This document shows positions 56,090 through 64,000 of a stretch of 64,000 nucleotides of DNA, piece after piece. The DNA is from an uncultured Chloroflexia bacterium (GTDB lineage Bacteria > Chloroflexota > Anaerolineae > CG2-30-64-16): contig CAWEMM010000002.1 of the NCBI GenBank assembly GCA_963810095.1, positions 256,001 through 320,000 of the forward strand, written 5' to 3'. Made by a program: the position numbers and the translations under genes. Every line of letters begins with the position of its first letter. The first letter of the stretch is position 1. The notes beneath the pieces were generated by a model that saw nothing but the letters and a program-made list of their open reading frames with translations, ran no database searches and was not told the DNA's origin.

Positions 56090-58497
56090 TCAGGAATACG
56101 CCAGCGCCTCACGGACGCTGATCCGCGCCGCGCCCCGCGCCGGCCAGACGGCGGCACACGCCGCGATTGCGACCACCAGCGCCAGCCAAACGGCAACAGC
56201 GAGCCAGTTGTACGAGAAATCCAGGTCGATGTTCAACATCACCTGCCCCATCAGGCGGGCGAGTGGCCGGGCGAGGACGAAGGAGAGCGGCACGGCGACG
56301 AGGAAGCTCAGCACCCCCTGCAGCACGCCCTCGGTCACGAAGATCCCCATGAGGGTCCGGGATCGCGCGCCGATTGCGCGCAGGACGCCGATCTCGCGGG
56401 TGCGCTCGACCACGCTGATGCTCATGCTACCCGCCAGCCCGATCCCGCCGACCGTCGCCACGAGCGCGGCGAGCCCGATCAGCATGCCGACCACGGTGCC
56501 GAATTGGTTGGCAGCGTAGTCGCGCTCCTCCTGCTTAACGCACTGGTGTAGAAGTCGACCTTCATGCCCGCAGCTTCGTAGCGCGAGCGCAGCTCGTCCG
56601 ACACCGCCCGACTGCCTGCGAGCGTCTTGTCGGTCGTGGTGACCAGCAGTTGGCTTGCCACGTTGGACTTGCCCGTAGCATCGAGCATCGCGTCGAGCGG
56701 CGCATAGAGCGGCTCGACGACGAATCCCGTGTCGTACACCACCCGATACAGCCCCACGACTCGCCACGCGGCCTCGCCGAGCTCGCCCAGGTTGAGCGTG
56801 ATCTCCTCGCCCACCTTGATGCCGTTCTTCTGGGCCGTCTCGGCGCTCAGCACGACGGCCCGGCCGTCGCCGGGTGCCAGCCACCGGCCCTCGACCACCA
56901 GGGGGCGCTGCATCTGAGTTTGCGGCGGCAGGCCGGTCAGCTGGGCGCCGAGCCCCGCCGAGTCCTGCACCCTCTCGCCCGAGCGCAGCAGCGTGGCATT
57001 GCGGCTGTACCACGTCTCGACGGCCGACGTGCCCGGGGTTTCCCTCGCAATCCGTTCGACCTCGTCCGCGGCCTGCTCCTGCGTGAAGCCCACCTTCACG
57101 TCATAACCGCGCCGGGCCACGTCGTTGTCCAACGTCGTCTGAATGGAGGCGATGAGGCTCATGACGACCAGGAACATCGCGCCGGCCACGGCCAGGACGA
57201 ACACGGTCAGGGCCAGGCGGCCCTTGCGGCGGAACAGGTTCCCGACGCTCGCGGCATAGGCGGGTGGCAGCAGCCTCCCTCCGACGCGCTCCACTGCCCG
57301 GTCAAGCGCGTTCGAGCCGAAGTCTGCGCCGATCCCGTAGGTGGCGATGGCCTGGCGCACGCTGATGGCCGCGCCTTTGAGCGTGGGCCAGAGCGCCGCC
57401 AGCAGGGGCGCGGCCAGCGCCGCCGCGGCCAGCACGATGATTGAGCCGCGTGAGACTTGGAACGTCTCATAATCGATGTTGAACAGGCGCAGGTAGGTCT
57501 TGGCCATGAAGTAGGCGAAGGCCGCGCCGATGGGAAGGGCAATGACGAGCGCCAGCAGCCCCATGATCAGCGCGCCGGCCAGGTAGAGCCGGACGATGCT
57601 GCCACTCTGCCCGCCGATCGCCTTGATGACGCCGATCTGGTCGGTCTGCTGGGTGATCAGCGCGGTGAACGTGTTCAGCACCAGGATCACGCTCATGAGG
57701 AGCGCGACGACGGCCATGATCTGGAGGACCAGGTTCACGCCTTCGAGGAACTTGCGCCCCCAATGACGCTCGGGGTCCTGGTACAGCGTCACGACGACGC
57801 CGTAGCCTTTCTCTCCCAGGCGCTGACGCAACTCGCCGGCCACGTCTTGGGCCCGCCTAAGGCTGTAGTCGTCGACCCGCACCAGCAGCTGGCCGAACCG
57901 GCCGGTGGGCACACCGAACTCGGCCAGGCCCTGCGGGCTCGCAAAGAAGTGCGCCTGCCCGCCGAACGGCGGCGGCTGGACAAAGGGGTGGCGGATCAAG
58001 CCGTCGACGGCGAACTCCCGCGCCTTGCCGCCGACCTCCAGGACGATTTTGTCGCCCGGCGCCACGCCCCAGTGCTCGCTCGTCAGCCGCTCGACGCCGA
58101 GCCCCAGCCCGGCGGGCCAGTTCCCCGCCTTGAGTTCGAGCTTGTCATAAGTCTGGTTGGTGTAATCAGGCCGCTCGACCAGCGTTCCGGTCTTCCACTC
58201 GGCGTCGCCCACGTCCAGCCTGTAACGCACGGTGATCTGGTTGACCGGCTCGACGTCGAGCACCCCCGGCGTCGTCTTGAGGTCGTCGACCACCGCCTGG
58301 TCCACGTAGTTGCGCAGGATGATGCTGATGTGTGAAGGCTGCACGGCTCGGTGCGCCGCATCCATCGTCGACAGCAGTTGGTCGAGCAGACCGAAGATCC
58401 CGCCGATGGTGATCAGGCCCGCTGCGATGCTGATGACTGCCAGGAGCGTGCGCGCCTTGTTGTGCCAGAGGTCGAACGGCACCTTCCGCCACAGCAC
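56090..58497 (-). CDS. Double FtsX/MacB-type ABC permease (frameshift ~56540)
   Basis: DLWHNKARTLL, QIGVIKAIGG, NLFRRKGRLALT, VVERTREIGVLRAIGA, ISVREALAYS. Confidence 0.9.
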
Positions 58498-58524
58498 ACG
58501 CTCTCCGGTGCACCTGGCGCACGC

Positions 58525-59340
58525 TCATCGGACAGCCAAGAAACCGGGTTTCTCGAAGAAACCCGGCTTCTCCTCCACGGTCTCAGATCCCCTGGTCCCT
58601 GCCGCTTCGTCGTCGCCAGCGGCCGAACAAGGCCCGTCCCTCACGACGCGCCGCTCGTCCGACGCGATCAGCCCGTTGATCACCGTCACCGTGCGCGGGA
58701 CCTGGCGGGCCAACTCTTCGTTGTGGGTCACCATCACGAGCGTCGTGCCCTGGCTGGCCAGCCGGCAGAAGAGGCCGAACACCTCGTCCGAGGTGCGCGC
58801 ATCCAGGTTCCCGGTGGGCTCGTCGGCCACCAATATCGGCGGCTGGTTGGCGAGCGCGCGGGCGATTGCCGCCCGTTGCTGCTGGCCGCCCGAGATTTGC
58901 GACGGCAGCTTGTGCCACTGGTCCTTCATCCCCACCAGTTCCAGCAGGCACATGGCCTGCTCGCGGCGGTCCTTCGGCTTGAGCCGCTTGGCGAAGTCCA
59001 TGGGCAGCATGATGTTCTGCACGAGGTTCAGGCTGGGCAGCAGCTGGAAGAACTGGAACACGATGCCTACGTCGGTGTTACGCCACCCGGCCAATTGGTT
59101 CTCATTCATCCGGTGCACGGCTCGCTCGTTGACGAAAACCTCTCCGGTGGTCGGGTGGTCGATCCCCGTGATCATGTTCAGCAGGGTCGACTTGCCGTTT
59201 CCAGACGGGCCAACGATGGCGACGAACTCGCCGGGATGGATCTGGAGCGACACGCCGCGCAGCACCGTCACCTGCGCCTCGCCAGTCGGGAACGTCTTCA
59301 CGACGTCCCGTACGTCGATGATGGGCCGGTTGGGGATCAT
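58525..59340 (-). CDS. ABC transporter ATP-binding protein (LolD-like)
   Basis: [33 protein letters not shown]; start MIPNRP overlaps the upstream stop. Confidence 0.93.
   Translation of the reverse strand: MIPNRPIIDVRDVVKTFPTGEAQVTVLRGVSLQIHPGEFVAIVGPSGNGKSTLLNMITGIDHPTTGEVFVNERAVHRMNENQLAGWRNTDVGIVFQFFQLLPSLNLVQNIMLPMDFAKRLKPKDRREQAMCLLELVGMKDQWHKLPSQISGGQQQRAAIARALANQPPILVADEPTGNLDARTSDEVFGLFCRLASQGTTLVMVTHNEELARQVPRTVTVINGLIASDERRVVRDGPCSAAGDDEAAGTRGSETVEEKPGFFEKPGFLAVR
58539..58571. repeat. REP-like palindrome, family C, inside a coding 3' end
   Basis: Encodes EKPGFFEKPGF. Confidence 0.75.
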
Positions 59341-60769
59341 GCGGCAGTACCTCCGAAAAACTCGCCGTGGTAACCGAACAGGATCGGGTGCGGCACTTCG
59401 GCACGGCCGATCTCGCCCAGCGACCCGGCGTCCAGGACAAGCAGGTACGAGGTCCCTCGCTGCGCATCGAGCACGACCGACAGCAGCACACCGTCGTCGT
59501 CGCGGATGCGGCCGGGCCGGCCCACGAACACCGGCTCGCCGGGGTAGTGGCCCGGGCAGTACCACGTCCAGGACTTCCCCAGCTGAACGTCGATCTTCGC
59601 GATCTGGTTATAGAAGCCGGTCGGGTTGCTCTTGCTGATGCTCGACGCGTAGACATAGCGGTAGCTACCGTCCATCGCGAACCGTTCGGAATCGAAGCGT
59701 GCCAGTTCGGCGCACTCGTCTGAGAGCACCTCGTACTTCAGCCGGCCGTTCCGCTTGCCCCTCAGCGGCAGGCGGTAGCGGCGCAGGTGGCCGAACGGCA
59801 GCGCACTGGTCGCACTCGCCAGCCGGTCGAGGAAGAACGCGTCGATGATCTGGTTGTCTTCATACGCGTCAATGTCGAGCACGATGTCGTCGCCCTCCTC
59901 CCACGCGTTGACGTGGTGAAAGGCGAAGAAGGGATCCGCGTCGAAGCGCGCCACCAACTCGCCCGAGTGCCGGTCAAGCACATAAAAGGGCGTGCCGCGC
60001 CGGGGCTCCCAGGTGAAGTTCTCGATGTAGGGCCGTAGCCACAGCAGCAGCGCCATCGGCTGCACGCGCAGCGGGAACTCGGTAAAGATGGCGTAACGCT
60101 TGGTCATGCCGAAGCTGTGCATGTAGGCCGGCTTCGTCGACGGCACCTGGCCGATCATCTTCCGCGCCCCGCGCCGTCAACCCGGTACAGGCGATAGTGG
60201 CTGACCGCATGGTAGCGGGTGACCAGGTTGTAGGTGCTGCCCTCTTCGCCGTCGAACTGCGGGTGCACCGTGGTCATCTGTCCCGTCAGGGGCTCATCCT
60301 CGTAGGTGAACACGCCCGCGGTCTTCAGCGTTTCCAGGTCGAACTCCACCTGGATCGGCGTCTCGGCCAGCGCCATGTACTTCTCCGCGACCTTGGCGAT
60401 GCTGACCTTGGCGTTGTCGCTGACCGTCGGCGAGAAGACGGACTGGATGCGGCTGAAGAGCGAGCGACAGGGGTCGGTCGCAAATTCGGCGTACGTAATG
60501 CGCCCGCGGGCCATTGCGGAGCGGTAGGACTCGGTGTCCAGAAACTTGTTCGCGTAGCTGACCTGGCCGGCCCGAAACGAGAACTTGTGCAGCATGGACA
60601 GCCCGTCGAACCAGTGACGGTATTGCTCGGTTCCCACGTCGAACGTGCCGGGTCCGTTGCGCACCAGGTCGCCGGTCAACCACTCCGGAATGCTCCCCGT
60701 GACCGGGAGGCGGTCCAGCGTTAGCTCCCCGGCCCGGCTCAGAAACCCCAACTCGAAAACACTACTCAT
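59337..60769 (-). CDS. Carotenoid oxygenase (RPE65/CCD family; frameshift ~60160)
   Basis: GSIPEWLTGDLVRNGPG, HWFDG; four Fe-binding His motifs TVHP, YMHSF, FHHVNA, GYHG; GEPVFV, DDGV. Confidence 0.92.
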
Positions 60770-60813
60770 GCGTCAATCCTTGAGAAACCAGGTTTCCTTC
60801 AGCAACGATCATC

Positions 60814-60885
60814 AACCACAAAGGCACGAAGACTCAAAGATTCACTAAGAGCAGAAAGCTTAGTGTGTCATCGTGCCATGTGGTT
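60814..60885. repeat. Palindromic element, family B
   Basis: aaccacaaaggcacgaag ... tcgtgccatgtggtt. Confidence 0.7.
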
Positions 60886-62404
60886 AGGCCGCCACGGGGC
60901 GCAGCTCACGCGCCTCTTCCCGCAGCGGCGACGGGTCGATCAGTTCGGCGGCGATCTTGCCCGATGCCAGCACCGCCGGAACGCCGGCGCCGGGATGCGT
61001 GCCCGCGCCGACAAAGTACAGGTTGTCGAATTCTTCAGACTGGTTGTGCGGCCGGAACCAGGCCAGCTGCATCAGGCTGGGCCGGATCGAGAACGCGGCG
61101 CCCTTATAGCTATTCAGAACGTCGCGGAAATGCAGCGGGTCTATCATGTGCTCGGCCACGATGTTGTCCTGCAGGCCCGGCAGGTAGTTGTCTTCCAGGT
61201 GCTGCATGACCCGATCGCGGTAGGGCCGGGCCGTCTTCACCCAGTCCGTGCCCGAGTCCAGATGCGGCACGGGCGCCAGGACGTAGAACGACTCCGTGCC
61301 CTCGGGCGCGATGCTCGCGTCGGTGATGGTCGGCATGTGCAGGTAGAGCGAAAAATCGTCGGGCAGCTGCCGCGCCGCGAAAATGTCGGACAGCAAGCCT
61401 TTGTACCGCTGGTTCAGAATGATGTTGTGGTGGTGAAACTTGCCGTCGAGATAGCGCCGCTTCGTCCCGAAATAGATCACCACCAGCGACATGCTGTAGG
61501 CCATCCGGTCGATCTTGCGGTTCGTGTATTTGCGGCGGTACTGCTCGGGAATCAGGTAGCGGTAGGTCGAGGCCACGTCGCCGTTTGAAACTACCACGTC
61601 CGCGGTGTCCACCGTGCCGTCGGGCAGGCGCACCCCTACGACCCGGCGGTCCTTGGTCACAATTTCCTTGATCTCCGTGTTGAAGTACACCTTGCCGCCG
61701 AGGTCGGTGAAGAGCTTGCCGAGCCCGGCCACCGCCGCGCCCGTGCCGCCGATTGCATAGTGGACGCCCCACTGCTTCTCGAACTGCGCCACGAGGGTGT
61801 ACACCGAGGGCGTGTCGAACGGGTTGCCGCCGACCAGCAGCGGGTGGAACGAGAAGACCCGGCGCAGAAAGTCGTCTTTGATGTAGCGGGCCACGTGGGT
61901 GTACGTGCCGAGAAATGCTTGCAGCCGGATGATATCGGGCATGATCTTGAGCATGTCCGTCAGGCGCAGGAACGGCCGCTCGGTCAGGCCGTTGAACGCG
62001 TGGAACACCTCTTCCGTCAGGCGCACGTAGCGGCGGTAACCGTCCACGTCCCCGGGGTTGAACTTCTCGATCTCGGCGATGGTCTCGTCCGTGCCGCGCC
62101 AGTAGTTGAAGCCGCGGCCATTCTGGTCGAAGATGCGGTAGAACGGATCGAGCGGGGTGAGGGTGAAATAGTCTTCGCGGCGGCGGCCTGCGGCTTCGAA
62201 GATTTCGTCGAAGAAATCGGGAACGGTCAGGACCGTCGGACCAGCGTCGAACTTGAAGCCGTTGATCTCGTATTGATAGGCACGGCCGCCCAGCTTGTCG
62301 CGTTTTTCGTATAGCGTGACGTCATGCCCCTTGGCCGCCAGCCGGCATGCCGCGCCGAGCCCGCCAAATCCGCTGCCGATCACAATCACCCGCTTCCGAT
62401 CCAT
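60884..62404 (-). CDS. crtI: Phytoene desaturase
   Basis: Own RBS and start MDRKRVIVIGSGFGGL; FDAGPTV, SFHPLLVGGNPF, DDFSLYLH, AWFRPHN, GAGTHPGAGVP. Confidence 0.93.
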   Translation of the reverse strand: MDRKRVIVIGSGFGGLGAACRLAAKGHDVTLYEKRDKLGGRAYQYEINGFKFDAGPTVLTVPDFFDEIFEAAGRRREDYFTLTPLDPFYRIFDQNGRGFNYWRGTDETIAEIEKFNPGDVDGYRRYVRLTEEVFHAFNGLTERPFLRLTDMLKIMPDIIRLQAFLGTYTHVARYIKDDFLRRVFSFHPLLVGGNPFDTPSVYTLVAQFEKQWGVHYAIGGTGAAVAGLGKLFTDLGGKVYFNTEIKEIVTKDRRVVGVRLPDGTVDTADVVVSNGDVASTYRYLIPEQYRRKYTNRKIDRMAYSMSLVVIYFGTKRRYLDGKFHHHNIILNQRYKGLLSDIFAARQLPDDFSLYLHMPTITDASIAPEGTESFYVLAPVPHLDSGTDWVKTARPYRDRVMQHLEDNYLPGLQDNIVAEHMIDPLHFRDVLNSYKGAAFSIRPSLMQLAWFRPHNQSEEFDNLYFVGAGTHPGAGVPAVLASGKIAAELIDPSPLREEARELRPVAA

Positions 62405-62469
62405 GCTTCCTCTCTCTTTCTCTTGCGCACACCTCCGAGGACGTCCGATCCTCGGGGGTCTTGGCCTGA

Positions 62470-63481
62470 TTAGGCCAACGAGACCGGCGCACCGGTGACT
62501 TCGGGCTGTCCGAGCTCGGGCTGGCGGTACGCGCCCGTGGCGCGACCGCCACCAGATGCCGGGCAGCCGGCGCAGCTTGCCCGTCGTGCCTACGTGCGCG
62601 CGACGGCTGAAAACATCGTAGTCGTGGTTCTCGATATCCCTCAGGATGGCCCGGTAAAGTTCCGCGGCCGCGCCGATCGCAAAGCGGCCCGTCGAATCCA
62701 AGTAGGCGATTCCCGGGATGGCTTCGGCGTAAAGCTGCTTGTTGCGCTCCACCTGGAAGCGCATGAAGCGCCGCCAGCGATCCGTGGTGCTCCCGGCGTC
62801 GATGTCGGCGTCGCTCAGCCCAAACTCCTTCAGTTCATCCTGCGGCAGGTACACTCGGCCCGCCACCCAGTCCTCCCGCACGTCGCGCAGGATATTGGTC
62901 ACTTGCATCGCCACGCCCAGCTTTACCGCGTACGGGATCGCGTCGCTCGCGGCGGTATCGTCGCTGAAGCCGATGATGTGCATCGACATCAGGCCCACGG
63001 TCGACGCTACGCCGTAGCAGTAGACGGCGAGCTCGTCGAAGTTCGCATAACGCTTCTTCTGCAAATCGGACGCGACGCCCATCACCAACTGCTCCGCATA
63101 GCGGGTCGGGATCTGATACCGTGCGCGTGTGTCGGCCCAAGCTACGGCCACTGGGTTATCGCACGGGGGCGGCCACGCCATCGCACACTCACGCCACGCG
63201 GCCAGGCCCTCGGCGAGATCACCTTGCGCTCGGTCGATCAGGTCGTCCGTGATGCGGCAAAACGCATACAGCGAGCGCACAGCTTTACGCTTCTCAAAGG
63301 GCAGGGGCCGCGAGGCCATGTAGAACGTGTGGCTGTGCTGGTTCGCCATGTCGTCACACACCGCGTACGCCTCGTCCAGGCCGGGATAGCCCTCCAGCGG
63401 CTCGGGCAGTGATTCGTGTTCGAGACCCTGTTGCGCCATCGCCAACAGCGTGTGTTCCCAGGCTCGATTGTTCGTGCTCAT
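62470..63481 (-). CDS. crtB: Phytoene synthase, copy 1 (probable frameshift ~62545 creates an apparent fusion with crtI)
   Basis: HSHTFY, YAFCRITDDLID, YCYGVASTVG, MQVTNILRDVRED, GRVYLP; the adjacent frame ends ...PVSLA* at 62470. Confidence 0.92.
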
Positions 63482-63561
63482 CCTGTCGCTCCCCGCCGTC
63501 GCCGGCCGAAGGCATCGTCGTGACGCCTGGTCCCATGCTGGCTGTTCGATCCAATGGCGGC

Positions 63562-63612
63562 ACTATATCACGTCTGCACGCCGTTGTCAATAGATTGTAT
63601 AGGGAATGTATA
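63562..63612 (-). promoter_or_regulatory. crtB promoter TTGACA-17-TATAGT with three 11-bp CarH/LitR-like repeats
   Basis: Minus strand: TATACA-N5-TATACA-N5-TTGACA. Confidence 0.82.
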
Positions 63613-63733
63613 ACTTTTAAGCTAATGCTAACATGAGATGGACGCGAGTGCGAAACATCCCGACTCGGCCAAGTCCGGATCACGGTTTCTCGCGGTTTCT
63701 CCGCCCACAGTGAAGATCGTGTACAATCGAGGC

Positions 63734-64000
63734 ATGGATCGAGCCTCCTGGGATCAGTTGCATGCCGAGGTGATTGCGTGCCGGCTTTGCCCCCGCCTGG
63801 TCGAGTGGCGCGAGGAGACGGCGCGCGTCAAGCGGCGGGCTTACCGCGGAGAGGAATATTGGGGCCGTCCCATTCCCGGCTGGGGCGATCCCGACGCGCG
63901 GGTGCTGGTGGTGGGCCTCGCGCCCGCCGCACATGGTGGCAACCGTACCGGGCGCATCTTCACCGGCGACAGCTCGGGCGACTTCTTGTTCGCCGCGCTG
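63734..64000 (+). CDS. udgB: Uracil-DNA glycosylase family 5, partial
   Basis: Manual translation: [12 protein letters not shown]...[11 protein letters not shown]...[22 protein letters not shown]. Confidence 0.92.
   Translation, partial: MDRASWDQLHAEVIACRLCPRLVEWREETARVKRRAYRGEEYWGRPIPGWGDPDARVLVVGLAPAAHGGNRTGRIFTGDSSGDFLFAAL

Noticed and set aside
3154-62545. Widespread pseudogenisation or programmed frameshifting
   Set aside because: Isolated single-base indels occur in many unrelated genes whose motifs are intact, including a compensating pair at ~6462-6485. This fits long-read consensus error, and no common slippery motif was seen.
60884-63481. 865-aa CrtB-CrtI fusion in the ORF track
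   Set aside because: The linker reads like off-frame sequence and crosses a palindrome, an adjacent frame gives a natural CrtB end at 62470, and crtI has its own RBS and ATG. Probably a single-base error; reads would settle it.

Overview
High-GC bacterial window, most consistent with Chloroflexota (inference from gene content and a C-terminal YLPLL motif). Many genes carry isolated single-base frameshifts typical of long-read assembly error. Four blocks are present. (1) 1-12.3 kb: an envelope-stress locus (OmpR-type two-component system, HtrA, MacAB-type exporter with two partly near-identical adaptors) divergent from an ApbE/ferric-reductase-like flavinylation operon; both promoters carry the same 18-bp box. 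(2) 12.3-33.2 kb: a secreted copper-protein cluster. Three adjacent two-domain multicopper-oxidase (MCO) paralogs have complementary copper-ligand sets, suggesting a heterotrimeric MCO with one trinuclear site. They lie with a 2049-aa surface protein, a blue-copper lipoprotein, two paralogous accessory proteins, a subtilase and a NarL-type system. This is the best candidate for an undescribed system. (3) 33.2-63.6 kb: a ~30 kb carotenoid supercluster with three CarH/LitR-like operators and a UxxC selenoprotein missed by the ORF track. (4) The start of a family-5 uracil-DNA glycosylase. Several short palindromic repeat families are dispersed through the window. No rRNA, tRNA, CRISPR array or transposase was seen. 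No database searches were run, so family names come from motif recognition.
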